Shown here: piece after piece, positions 19,917 through 32,158 of the stretch | Layout of the letters: the number at the start of each line of letters is the position of its first letter | How positions within the stretch are numbered: position 1 is the stretch's first letter | Source of the DNA: an uncultured Poribacteria bacterium | GTDB taxonomy: Bacteria; Poribacteria; WGA-4E; WGA-3G | Direction of reading: 5' to 3' | Length of the DNA: 64,000 nucleotides | NCBI GenBank assembly: GCA_951813565.1 | Contig: OX638351.1 | Location: forward strand, 2,560,001 to 2,624,000 | The notes under the pieces: generated by a model | The model's input: the letters and a program-made list of their open reading frames with translations, nothing else | What the model was told of the DNA's origin: nothing | Databases searched by the model: none | Program-made: the position numbers and the translations under genes

Positions 19917-20930
19917 ATGAGTCACACACTCTCTATTTACACATCTGGTAAACAGAGGAAAAAGCGTTACAAAAAAAAGATGGCAATGACCGGCAGCGTG
20001 AGTGTAAAAGCGCCGAACGTTGCAAAGAGAATGGCATCTGAAAACGCGTCCGAAGTTTCAATCACATTTGTTGAAGCGCAACGACAAAATCGTCAGGCAA
20101 CCCAAAAATGGAAAGCAAAAGCCCGAAAATTTGCATTTGGACTTGCAATTAGTCTTCATGCTGCCGCCCTTGTTATCTTTGGTATTTGGTTTATTAAAAA
20201 AGCGGTTCTGCAGATGAACGTAGATAATCTGCAGAGTGTTATTGTGAAGGCACCGAAACCTCAAACAAAACGCATCATTCAGCCACGCAAAACTCAGAAA
20301 ACGGCAAAACCAAAAGTCGTAAAAGTGCTTGCACCGAAAACCAACGGGATAACAACGAATACGAACGTCTCTGTGGGACCGGCAGATTTCACTATTCCAA
20401 TGACTGAACTACCAGCTGACAATACGATGAGACTTACGGCACTGGAAAGAGGAAAAGGTATGATGGAACAAACCCGACAAGTGAAAATTGTCTCCACAGC
20501 ACCTAAGTTTGAAATGCCTAAGTTTGAAACTACGGGTTTAACAATGCAAATGGATATGGGAACGAGTTTAGCCACTGTGGATTTTGAAGATTCAGCAGAT
20601 CTTAGTCTGTCTGCTGCAGGTTTTGGGGATACAAAGCAGTCATTCTCAGAGTTTTTGAAACGGGTGCGTGAACGGATAAAAGAGATGCAACGTTTTCCGC
20701 CAAACGTTCGGAATTTAGAAGAGGGTTCTTCAGCAACTATCCGCTTCACACTTCTTAGAGATGGCACCATTCGAGATCCGCAGGTTGCAAGTTCCTCTGG
20801 TTCACATGTGTTAGATAACGCCGCCCTCGCGGCTGTCCAAAATGCTGAACCTTATCCACCGTTCCCCGAAGCACAATCTGGAAATAGTATACGCCTTGAA
20901 CTTCCGGTTGTCTTTGAATTGGTTAATTAG
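19917..20930 (+). CDS. Energy transducer TonB-family protein
   Basis: TM helix with SLH motif; C-terminal SSSGSHVLDNAALAAV...YPPFP; GGAGG SD. Confidence 0.85.
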   Translation: MSHTLSIYTSGKQRKKRYKKKMAMTGSVSVKAPNVAKRMASENASEVSITFVEAQRQNRQATQKWKAKARKFAFGLAISLHAAALVIFGIWFIKKAVLQMNVDNLQSVIVKAPKPQTKRIIQPRKTQKTAKPKVVKVLAPKTNGITTNTNVSVGPADFTIPMTELPADNTMRLTALERGKGMMEQTRQVKIVSTAPKFEMPKFETTGLTMQMDMGTSLATVDFEDSADLSLSAAGFGDTKQSFSEFLKRVRERIKEMQRFPPNVRNLEEGSSATIRFTLLRDGTIRDPQVASSSGSHVLDNAALAAVQNAEPYPPFPEAQSGNSIRLELPVVFELVN

Positions 20931-20954
20931 TTGTCTTGAATTGTTTTAGAATAG

Positions 20955-20989
20955 AAGATAAAGGGTGGTGTTATACCACCCTTTATCTT
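20955..20989. terminator. Bidirectional hairpin terminator
   Basis: Perfect 15-bp stem aagataaagggtggt/accaccctttatctt between convergent genes. Confidence 0.75.
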
Positions 20990-21055
20990 ACAAAACGTCC
21001 AGCTTATTTTCACTATAACTCTGAACATTCAAACATTTATTTTTCACTTTCTAAC

Positions 21056-22381
21056 TTATCCCAGTTCTGTATCAAAAGCCAGTTTTTCTGCTTTCGCCTT
21101 CTCATCATTAACAAATGCAAGCAAAATCAAGCCCAGGATAAAGAAAACCATTAAAGAAATAATAGCAAGACGCGCACTGCCTGTGATCTGCTTGATAACG
21201 CCAAACGTCGTAGGCCCCCAGATAGCAGAAAACTTACTAAAGACAGAATAAAATCCGTAGAACTCGGCACTCGCTTTCTCTGGAATCATCGCGCCGTAGA
21301 AAGAACGACTCAGAGCCTGTGTCCCCCCCAGTACAAAACCAACAATCATTCCCAAAATAAAGAATTGCGTTGCAGTCTGGATGAAATATCCATAAATTAC
21401 AACGCCACTCCATAGGACTAAAGAAAACATTACTGACCTTCTCGCGCCAATTCGGTTTGCAAGTAGACCGAATATCAACGCACCTACTAATGCAACAACT
21501 TGTATCAGTAAAAGTGTCACCATCAGATCTGTATCAGAAAGTCCTAACTCTTCTTTACCATAAATTGTCCCCATACTGGTGACTGTGTGGATGCCATCGT
21601 TGTAAATCATATATGCAATCAGGAATAGGGTGAGATGCTTGAAATTCCCTACTTTTTTCGCTGTTGCAATAGTTCGGTTGATGCCGAGGGAAAGGTATGC
21701 TGAGATTTTCGGTTGATTGCGGTACTTCTCTGGAAGTTCCTGCTCTGTCTTAATCTCCTTTAGGTATTTCACAGTGAATAGCGTCCATCCTGCCCACCAG
21801 AATCCTGTCATCGCCATGCCGATGCGGACTGCCATTACTCGGTCAATGCCGATTGTTTCGTGCAAAGCAACAAGTGCCAAAGCTATTCCAAATTGTATGG
21901 AGCCTCCGACATAACCGTACGCGAATCCTTTGGCAGAAACCGAATCAAGTCTGTCCTCAGAAGCAAGGTGCGGTAAAAATGCGTCATAGAAGACATTCCC
22001 GCCAACAAAGCAGACTTGCGTGCAGATATATAGCACAACCGCTATCCACACATTACCCGGCCTGCAAAAGTAGAGCATGGTTGCAAACAAACTTCCGAAG
22101 TAGGCAAAACCGATGAGAAATTTCTTTTTTGCCGAAGAAAAATCAGCGATTGCACCCAACACAGGTGCAAATAGGAAAACCAAGAGTGCAGCGAATCCCA
22201 ACATAAATCCCCATAACGCTGTCGCACTGACAGTTGCTCCGAAAATGGGAACACCCTCTTTTCCTACAATGCCTTCCGCAAAATAAATGGGTAGAAGCGC
22301 CACACCGACAGTGGTGATATAGGCAGAATTCGCCCAGTCATACATGCACCAGCCAAAAATTGATTTTTTATCGTTTTTCAT
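21056..22381 (-). CDS. MFS transporter, UMF1/ATG22-like
   Basis: WCMYDWANSAY, NVFYDAFL, YNDG, QALSRS motifs. Confidence 0.9.
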   Translation of the reverse strand: MKNDKKSIFGWCMYDWANSAYITTVGVALLPIYFAEGIVGKEGVPIFGATVSATALWGFMLGFAALLVFLFAPVLGAIADFSSAKKKFLIGFAYFGSLFATMLYFCRPGNVWIAVVLYICTQVCFVGGNVFYDAFLPHLASEDRLDSVSAKGFAYGYVGGSIQFGIALALVALHETIGIDRVMAVRIGMAMTGFWWAGWTLFTVKYLKEIKTEQELPEKYRNQPKISAYLSLGINRTIATAKKVGNFKHLTLFLIAYMIYNDGIHTVTSMGTIYGKEELGLSDTDLMVTLLLIQVVALVGALIFGLLANRIGARRSVMFSLVLWSGVVIYGYFIQTATQFFILGMIVGFVLGGTQALSRSFYGAMIPEKASAEFYGFYSVFSKFSAIWGPTTFGVIKQITGSARLAIISLMVFFILGLILLAFVNDEKAKAEKLAFDTELG

Positions 22382-22461
22382 ATTTTTCCTATTTGCAAAG
22401 GGATAAGGCTGGCACCTTTTCTGTACTTTCCTACATCTACTATTGGAGTCTACATTTATAT

Positions 22462-22530
22462 TGTAGGTCGCGATTCGGAGAGCGCTCCTACAGAATCATG
22501 TATTGTAGGAGGGAACTCCGATGCCCGACT
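22462..22530. repeat. GTAG-type REP-like cluster
   Basis: tgtaggtcgcgattcggagagcgctcctaca and tgtaggagggaactccgatgcccgac. Confidence 0.6.
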
Positions 22531-22582
22531 ATTATCAAGACCCACGATTTTAGATTAGACAATCCACTATGCAGAGCAAATA

Positions 22583-22621
22583 GGGCATTAGAAGCGTGAG
22601 GGTTCCACGCTTCTAATGCCC
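22583..22621 (-). terminator. Hairpin terminator downstream of katG
   Basis: gggcattagaagcgtg/cacgcttctaatgccc 16-bp stem. Confidence 0.75.
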
Positions 22622-22635
22622 CAATCTTAATGAGA

Positions 22636-24843
<2,208 letters not shown>

Positions 24844-25184
24844 CTACATTTTTTATTCTATTCCTTGAAGTATTCTTTCCTTAAGAACCTATTAAAAAAA
24901 ATCAAATGGATCTCTGAAAGTTGTCATTTTACGGTAAATACCTTAAAAACCGGTTGATTTTGCTCCTAAAATGACAAAAGAGGGCCATTTCATCTACTTC
25001 CAAAACAAGCTCTAAGTGTCATACAAGGGAGACTTACATCCTATTCCTTGAGTATATTATACATCAACGCTACAAAGAATGAAAACAAAATTTGACTTCC
25101 TCATCGTACACATCAATATAATATCATTTCTAAAATAAGATTTCATTATGAGATTATAGGTTCACACTGGTGAAAAATGTCCGA

Positions 25185-25315
25185 GGCGCAATAAATTGCG
25201 CGACTACAAACGCGTTTTTTCTTAAGTTGACAGTTATGGATAGAGCGCAGCGAAAACCATAACTGTCAACCTTCTTGAAAGTAATAAACAACGGCACGCG
25301 AAGCGTGCCTACTAC
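25185..25315. repeat. Palindrome cluster: two REP-like CTAC-ended hairpins around a 14-bp inverted repeat
   Basis: gcgcaataaattgcgcgactac; gttgacagttatgg/ccataactgtcaac; ggcacgcgaagcgtgcctactac. Confidence 0.7.
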
Positions 25316-25463
25316 CTTTAAGTGTAAACATTGTTGGGAAAGATTGATATTTTCAAAGAACTCGTGGAAGAATCCAGAAGATTAATGTATAATTTTAACA
25401 GATTGGGTATAATAGCAGTAATCATTTTAACGTTGAAAATATACTTGTCCGCAGGAGAACTCA

Positions 25464-26582
25464 ATGAAAATAGTTGAGGTAAAAACCTATATGATTGACG
25501 TACCGCCTCCACATTGGGGCGGTAGGCATTGGATTTTTGTCAAATTAGTGACTGATGAAGGAATTGAAGGCATAGGAGAATGCACCTATCATACCCGACT
25601 AAACCACGTCGTCATTGAATTAATCAAAGATTGGGGAGAACGTTATCTCATCGGTAATGATCCGTTTCGGATAGAAAAAATCTGGTCAACACTTTATGAA
25701 GGTCCTTGTGTACGACACCCTGGCCCGCTTGCTACACCAGCAATGAGTGCAATAGAGATGGCGTGTTGGGACATCGTCGGGAAAGCGGTGAACCAACCTA
25801 TTTACAACCTTTTGGGTGGCATGTTCCATGAAAAATTGAGGGCATATTCCTATCTCTTGCATTGGCGGCACGGTGATTCTCCAGAAAAAACGGGTGAAGT
25901 CGCGCTTTCTTACGTTGAAAAGGGATTTACTGCGGTCAAATTCGATCCCGTTCATCCACACACTGCAGATAGGTTAGAAACACTCAACTATGCAGAAAGT
26001 GTCATCCGCGGGATTCGCGATGCTGTAGGTGATAGATGCGATATTCTCATCGGCACACACGGACAATTTAATACCAATAGTGCTATCCGCTTTGCCAAAC
26101 GTGTTGAACCCTACGACCCACTTTGGTTTGAAGAACCGATACCCCCTGAAAATATCAAAGAGATGGCACGCGTCGCACAATCTACAAGTATCCCTATTGC
26201 CACCGGTGAACGACTACTCACCAAATATGAGTTTTCTGACCTCTTGGAGCAACAGGCAGCATCCATCTTGCAAATGGATTTGACGATAACAGGCGGCATC
26301 CTTGAAGCGAAGAAGATTGCGTCTATGGGTGAGGCACACTACGCGCAAATCGCACCACACCTATACGGCGGTCCAATCGGAGGCGCTGCAAATATACAGT
26401 TGGATGTCTGTAGTCCAAACTTCCTAATTCAAGAGGGCATTCATATGTGGGACGGTTTTCACGCTGAAATTCTCAAGGAACCAATACAATGGGAGGATGG
26501 TTACATCATTCCACCGACTGGACCGGGACTTGGCATTGAACTGAACGAAGAAGTTTTGGAAAAACACACCATTGAACTCTGA
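25464..26582 (+). CDS. Mandelate racemase/muconate lactonizing enzyme family dehydratase
   Basis: WDIVGK, KFDP, WFEEP, ATGER, APH, PTGPGLG. Confidence 0.92.
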   Translation: MKIVEVKTYMIDVPPPHWGGRHWIFVKLVTDEGIEGIGECTYHTRLNHVVIELIKDWGERYLIGNDPFRIEKIWSTLYEGPCVRHPGPLATPAMSAIEMACWDIVGKAVNQPIYNLLGGMFHEKLRAYSYLLHWRHGDSPEKTGEVALSYVEKGFTAVKFDPVHPHTADRLETLNYAESVIRGIRDAVGDRCDILIGTHGQFNTNSAIRFAKRVEPYDPLWFEEPIPPENIKEMARVAQSTSIPIATGERLLTKYEFSDLLEQQAASILQMDLTITGGILEAKKIASMGEAHYAQIAPHLYGGPIGGAANIQLDVCSPNFLIQEGIHMWDGFHAEILKEPIQWEDGYIIPPTGPGLGIELNEEVLEKHTIEL

Positions 26583-26597
26583 GATTAAAGGAGTGGC

Positions 26598-28919
26598 ATG
26601 TCAACCGCAGATACACCAACGGGTACGCTTGATGAGCTGCCCGAATCAATTGAAGAAACATTAAAAACGCTGGATATAGACTTTAAAAAAATCCGATTCG
26701 CGGTTCAAAGTGACGTAAGTTCAACAGGGAATTACGGTGAAGAATGGTTTGTGTTAACAGATATAGCGATTTTTACCGTAACGGGTACAGGTGAGGTGCT
26801 TCACTATATACCCTATAAGAGTGTGTTAGGTATTCGTGCTGAGACCGTAGTGGATGCTGGTCTCGTTGTGCTGGAAACACAGGAAGGGACGATAGACCTC
26901 ATCCGTTATTCAAACGGTTGTGCGGCGAAGTTCGGGTTCGTGGCACGTTTTATTGGGGATGAGATAGAATTTCAAGCTGGTAACCGGGATGAGCCGCCGA
27001 TTTGGGACTATAAGGTTGAGGAACATTCTTGTAAAACTTGTGGATTGCCACTTGCCGATGAGTTTTCTCCGTGTCCTGCATGCACGAAAAAACATAGGGT
27101 AATGCTACGCATTTTGTCATATATGCGACCTTACCGGGGTAGGGCATTCCTCTTTATTGTATTTGTCATTGTTGGCACCCTGATTTCTCTGGCTCCACCT
27201 TATTTTTTTCAAATCTTGGTTGACGATATATTACTGCTGAATGATGCTAACGCTCCAACACCTGATGGAGAGACAACATGGTTAGGCGAAATCTTTCGAG
27301 CGATCCAACCAGCGGCGACAGCGTTATCCATAGCGGTAGGGACACTGTTAGTAACGCATCTAATCAGCGCAATTATTAATATTTTGCACTCGCGATTGAG
27401 TGCGTGGTTGACGCTCCACATCGCAGCAAATATACGCGAACACGTTTACGAGCATTTGCATGATCTCTCTATCAGATTTTTTGACAAACGAACTACAGGA
27501 ACTGTTATCTCACACATCACCGAGGATAGTGAACGGTTACAGGACTTTATGTTGGAAGGACTGTCGTTCCTTGGTAGGGAATTGTTTCTGATCTTCGCGA
27601 TTGGTGTCGTGCTTTTTTTGATGCATTGGCAATTGGCATGTTTCGTCTTAATTCCAATTCCGATTATTGTTCTGGGCGGAGGTTGGTTTTGGCGAAAGGT
27701 GCGAAGTCTTTGGCATCGGGCATGGCGACGCCGCTCAAAACTTTTTGATGTTGTCAACGATTCTGTGTCCGGTATCCGAGTTGTTCGTGCATTCGGTCAA
27801 CAAAGAAGTGAAGTTAACCGATTTGGTGGTGCGAACATTGATGCGCGAGACTATGAAACCCAAGCTGAGATGGTCTGGGCAACCTATTACCCGCCGCTGA
27901 TGTTTGCTGTTAATTTGGGGTCTCTCATTGTTTGGTATGCAGGAGGACTTGATGTTCTTGATGGGGCAATGACGCTCGGCGAATTGATTTCTTTTAACGC
28001 ATATCTCACAATGTTCTATGGACCGTTGCGATATATTAGTCCACTCATCAATTGGGCTTCTCGGTCTATGACAGCAGCGGAACGACTTTTTGAGGTGATA
28101 GACTCACAACCGGAACAGTTTGACGATGGCAATCTTAAAGCGATACCAAATATTGTCGGAGAAGTGAAATTTCACAACATGACTTTCGGTTACGATGCGC
28201 ATAAACCTGTACTTCGCGACATAAATCTACATGTAAAACCGGGTGAAATGATAGGACTCGTTGGGCATTCAGGGGCAGGAAAGTCTACCCTCATCAATTT
28301 AATTTGTCGGTTCTATACACCGGATGCCGGACGTTTAGAAATTGATGGCGAAGACATCAAACAGATAAACCTCAAGGATCTGCGTAGACAGATTGGCGTA
28401 GTGCTACAAGAGCCATATCTGTTCAGCGGCACCATAGCAGAGAACATTGCCTATGCGAATCCCGATGCCTCAATGGAGGAAATTATCACTGCATCAAAGG
28501 CGGCTAATGCACACGAATTTATCATCAAATTCCCTGATGGATATGATACTGAAGTCGGAGAACGGGGTGGGAGTTTATCCGGTGGTGAACGTCAGCGTGT
28601 CTCAATCGCACGGGCGATTTTACATAACCCGCGTATCCTGATTCTTGATGAAGCCACCTCTTCCGTAGATGTGGAAACCGAGAAAAAGATTCAGCAGGCG
28701 ATTGACAGATTGGTGCAGAACCGAACCACGTTTGCAATTGCACATCGTCTTTCAACACTCCGAAATGCGGATCGGCTTTTCGTCATAGAAAAAGGAAAAG
28801 GTGTTGAGTGCGGGTCTCACGAAGAACTTATGGAGAAAAAGGGCATCTACTACAAACTTGTAGAAACACAGCGGGAAGCTGCTAATGTTCGCGCAGAAGC
28901 ACAAATCGTGGAGAGATAG
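26598..28919 (+). CDS. ABC exporter, fused permease/ATPase with N-terminal extension and Zn ribbon
   Basis: CKTC..CPAC, TM domain, GHSGAGKS, LSGGERQR, DEATS. Confidence 0.93.
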   Translation: MSTADTPTGTLDELPESIEETLKTLDIDFKKIRFAVQSDVSSTGNYGEEWFVLTDIAIFTVTGTGEVLHYIPYKSVLGIRAETVVDAGLVVLETQEGTIDLIRYSNGCAAKFGFVARFIGDEIEFQAGNRDEPPIWDYKVEEHSCKTCGLPLADEFSPCPACTKKHRVMLRILSYMRPYRGRAFLFIVFVIVGTLISLAPPYFFQILVDDILLLNDANAPTPDGETTWLGEIFRAIQPAATALSIAVGTLLVTHLISAIINILHSRLSAWLTLHIAANIREHVYEHLHDLSIRFFDKRTTGTVISHITEDSERLQDFMLEGLSFLGRELFLIFAIGVVLFLMHWQLACFVLIPIPIIVLGGGWFWRKVRSLWHRAWRRRSKLFDVVNDSVSGIRVVRAFGQQRSEVNRFGGANIDARDYETQAEMVWATYYPPLMFAVNLGSLIVWYAGGLDVLDGAMTLGELISFNAYLTMFYGPLRYISPLINWASRSMTAAERLFEVIDSQPEQFDDGNLKAIPNIVGEVKFHNMTFGYDAHKPVLRDINLHVKPGEMIGLVGHSGAGKSTLINLICRFYTPDAGRLEIDGEDIKQINLKDLRRQIGVVLQEPYLFSGTIAENIAYANPDASMEEIITASKAANAHEFIIKFPDGYDTEVGERGGSLSGGERQRVSIARAILHNPRILILDEATSSVDVETEKKIQQAIDRLVQNRTTFAIAHRLSTLRNADRLFVIEKGKGVECGSHEELMEKKGIYYKLVETQREAANVRAEAQIVER

Positions 28920-28921
28920 AA

Positions 28922-29491
28922 ATGCAGAACGAAAATACCGAAGAACAAAACATGGCTTCAAATCATAAGTCCGAAACGACAGAGTCTCATGAGCAAGATG
29001 ATTTTACACAACGTTTTTTGGATGCATCTGAGCTTACGTTCACACGTTCTCAAGTAGGTACTGCACGGCTTGAAATTCGCAATGAAGTCTGCCATCTACG
29101 CGTAATCGTACGCAGGTTGATGCCGCTTAGTCATCCTGAACAATACATCTCACTCGCCGCTGATGAGGACACTGAAATCGGAATCCTTGCGAGCCCATCG
29201 GAACTCGCACCTGAAAGCCTGCAAATTTTAAATGAGGAATTAGATAAACGGTATTTCACGCCTATAATTCAAAAGATATATCGTGTTAAGGAACAATTCG
29301 GTATCCATGAGTGGGAGGTAGAAACGGAGCGCGGGCGTGCGACATTTTTAGTGCGTGGATTGAATCAAAATATAAAGCAGGCTCCACCTGCACGACTTTT
29401 TGTGACAGATGTGCGGGGGAATCGCTACGATATTCCAGATTATCGGGAGTTGGATGCACAGAGTTTTCATCAAATTCAGCGGCATCTATAA
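28922..29491 (+). CDS. DUF1854-like protein
   Basis: PLSHPEQYISL, RYFTPII, WEVETERG, DVRGNRY; typical partner of this ABC type. Confidence 0.75.
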   Translation: MQNENTEEQNMASNHKSETTESHEQDDFTQRFLDASELTFTRSQVGTARLEIRNEVCHLRVIVRRLMPLSHPEQYISLAADEDTEIGILASPSELAPESLQILNEELDKRYFTPIIQKIYRVKEQFGIHEWEVETERGRATFLVRGLNQNIKQAPPARLFVTDVRGNRYDIPDYRELDAQSFHQIQRHL

Positions 29492-29498
29492 ACAAGCA

Positions 29499-30833
29499 AT
29501 GAAATATAAACGTCTTCATGCAGTTTTCGCTTCAGTGGTAATTCATCTCATTATCGCTGCGATTATTGGTCTGTTTCTATCAGAACACTACTGGACATTG
29601 AATGACGATGCAATCGATGTGAGATTTGTCAAAAACACACCTACAAGGGATACAGTGCACCGAACACATAGAACGGTGTTACTTCCCACACCTCATCAAA
29701 CAGTTGACCCATTGCAAGTTCACACCCCATCAGTCAATCAACTCCCAAAAACCGACACTCCAATTCAAAACGCAACGGCTACACCCATATATGACACAAA
29801 CGTGTTAAAACCAGATGATGTTCCAGCGCCGAATCTCCGCGTAGAAACAGATCAACGTGCAGTTGATACCGTGCGGGAAACCCCCATAGGTGTCCCTACA
29901 GTCCCATCAGCCGCAGTAAAAATAAAATCGCGTCTTAATGCTGTTGTTAGTCCAAAGTCAAACGCGCCTACGACTGGCGGATTCGCTGAGTTTCTCGACA
30001 ACACTTTACCGGATGACAACTTAAAGGGAAACCTTAATGTCACATTACAAAATCCTGTTCTGCTGCCGCAAGGTGAATTGGGCGCAATCCTTGAAGGCAC
30101 AAGCGAAAATTTGCGCGGTCATATTCGGATTATTCGGCTAAAACATTCGCTCTCGGATTGGTGGCAAGACCCTACTGCACTCCCGGCACTTATGAAATGG
30201 ATGGATAAATATACGACAATTCGGGTAGATATGAATTTTGAAGGCGGTTCGCTTCCGCTGACAGATCCGAAAATTTTCGACGCACCACTACTTGTGATGA
30301 CAGGGCATGACAGAGATATTACCGCGGGCCGTGGGCTTGCAAAAGATGGTCCTTTACAAAGTAGTTTTACGCCAGCAGAACGCGCCGCACTACGCAAATA
30401 TATCGTTGATGAAGGGGGTATGCTCTTTTTTGACGACTGCGGTTTTCACGGTCTTTTTGCACATATTGTGGCTGAGGAGCTGCAACAGATTTTTCCCGAT
30501 TATCCGCTTGAAATCCTGCCGCATGAACATGAAATTTATACGATTCATTACCATCTCCAAAAACCACCGACAGGGGGTGATGTGTTCTGGGGCAACGAGA
30601 ATAACGCACAACCAACAAAATTCCGTTTTCAGAAAGGGATTATTATTAACAATCGGTTAGCGGTTATTTTTAATCGGAAGGATTATATGTGTGCGATGGA
30701 GACAGCAGAAATTCAGAGCCGCACGATGCTACGGCTTCGACGTTCTCCAGACGTTTATCGGTTTATGACAAATCTGTTGATTTACGCGTTGAAGTACGGC
30801 GGAAATACGGATAGATCTGGATATAAGGAGTAA
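29499..30833 (+). CDS. Membrane-anchored DUF4159-like domain protein
   Basis: N-terminal TM, Pro/Thr-rich linker, MTGH..LRKYI..GGMLFFDDC, NLLIYAL. Confidence 0.7.
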   Translation: MKYKRLHAVFASVVIHLIIAAIIGLFLSEHYWTLNDDAIDVRFVKNTPTRDTVHRTHRTVLLPTPHQTVDPLQVHTPSVNQLPKTDTPIQNATATPIYDTNVLKPDDVPAPNLRVETDQRAVDTVRETPIGVPTVPSAAVKIKSRLNAVVSPKSNAPTTGGFAEFLDNTLPDDNLKGNLNVTLQNPVLLPQGELGAILEGTSENLRGHIRIIRLKHSLSDWWQDPTALPALMKWMDKYTTIRVDMNFEGGSLPLTDPKIFDAPLLVMTGHDRDITAGRGLAKDGPLQSSFTPAERAALRKYIVDEGGMLFFDDCGFHGLFAHIVAEELQQIFPDYPLEILPHEHEIYTIHYHLQKPPTGGDVFWGNENNAQPTKFRFQKGIIINNRLAVIFNRKDYMCAMETAEIQSRTMLRLRRSPDVYRFMTNLLIYALKYGGNTDRSGYKE

Positions 30834-30880
30834 GTCCTTATTCCTATTTGAAGCAAAATCACTGTGGAAAACGGTTAACT

Positions 30881-31337
30881 TTACCAAATGTCCGCAAATA
30901 GAATAACTGTTGGTAGGAAAAGAACAAAAACAATTTCTATAGTGTAGAAAATTACAAGAGTGCCAGAAAAAATAGCAGATAGCCAACTGCTTTTATAATT
31001 ACCAATATCCATATTAAAATCTGTGTCGTCTTGTTTTCTTACTGTATCGTAGAGGTGCCGAAATAATCGTTCTTGCCAGAGGAAGAATCCATTCAGAATC
31101 CAAAATCCAAAGATAAAAAAAATGAGCATCGCTGCCTCTGCAATGGCAAAAGAATCCTCTCCAGTGAGATGGATGTCTTCATGAAAGGCGAAGAAAACAT
31201 AAGAAACAAATAAAACTTGGGATGTTATAACAAATACGATGCTCCCACCTTTTACGAGAAAACTGTTGATTGCCAAGCGTTTAATAACGGCTTGGATCAT
31301 CTCTAAAATGCTTCACAACTTTTTCGGTGCCGTTCAT
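30881..31337 (-). pseudogene. Small membrane protein (KHLEMIQAVI..QERLFRHLY family), apparently frameshifted near its 5' end
   Basis: MNGTEKVVKH joins LEMIQAVIKR only if one T of the T4 run at 31305-31308 is removed. Confidence 0.6.
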
Positions 31338-31357
31338 AGTTTCCATCCTATTCATGC

Positions 31358-32155
31358 CTACGGAGGAGTTAGGATTGCGGCGATGTTTTTTGGTAGTTTG
31401 ATATTATGTGTCTGTTCAAAAACTTCAACGTTTTCGTAGTCTTTACCAAAGTTATCAATGATGATATTTTCTTGAAGTTCTATGGCATTTGTCAGATCTA
31501 TTTTGGCTTTTTCCCAATTCTGCAAGTGTACAAACGCCATGCCGCGATTGTAATATGCCTCAGTTAATTCGGGTTTACGTTCTATTACCATGTTATAATC
31601 TATGATAGCACGTTCATACTCGCCTTTTCTACTGTAGACATTACCACGATTGTTATAGGGATGGACCAGATCCGGTCTCAGTTCTATTGCTTTGTTATAG
31701 TCTTTGATTGCACTATCATATTCTTGTTTTTCATAGTGAACAATACCACGGTTGTAATAGGCGTAAGCAAAACTTGGATCAAGTTCTATTGCTTTGTTAT
31801 AGTCTTTAATAGCAGGTATTATCTCACCTTTAAGTTTATAAACTATTCCTCGATTGTTATATGCTTCTGGTAAATTTGGATCTAGTCTTATAGCTGTGTT
31901 ACAATCTTCAAATGCGCGGTCATAGTCGCCTTTCATGCGGTAAGCTGCCCCGCGATTGCTGTATGCTTCGGCATAGTTTTCCTTGAGTCGTATCGCCGTG
32001 TTAAAGTCTTCAATGGCGCGGTCAATCTCATCTTTATTACCATAAGCGATGCCTCTATAGTTATAACCTTGGGCAAAAGTGGGTCTCCGTTCAATTGCTT
32101 TGTTAAAGCGCTCAATGGTGATATCGTAAGGTGTCTGTTCTGCTTGTGTCTGCAT
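31358..32155 (-). CDS. TPR-repeat protein, probably the C-terminal half of a split FRG-TPR gene
   Basis: Repeated AYxNRG...DYNKAIEL 34-aa units. Confidence 0.85.
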   Translation of the reverse strand: MQTQAEQTPYDITIERFNKAIERRPTFAQGYNYRGIAYGNKDEIDRAIEDFNTAIRLKENYAEAYSNRGAAYRMKGDYDRAFEDCNTAIRLDPNLPEAYNNRGIVYKLKGEIIPAIKDYNKAIELDPSFAYAYYNRGIVHYEKQEYDSAIKDYNKAIELRPDLVHPYNNRGNVYSRKGEYERAIIDYNMVIERKPELTEAYYNRGMAFVHLQNWEKAKIDLTNAIELQENIIIDNFGKDYENVEVFEQTHNIKLPKNIAAILTPP

Positions 32156-32158
32156 GCT

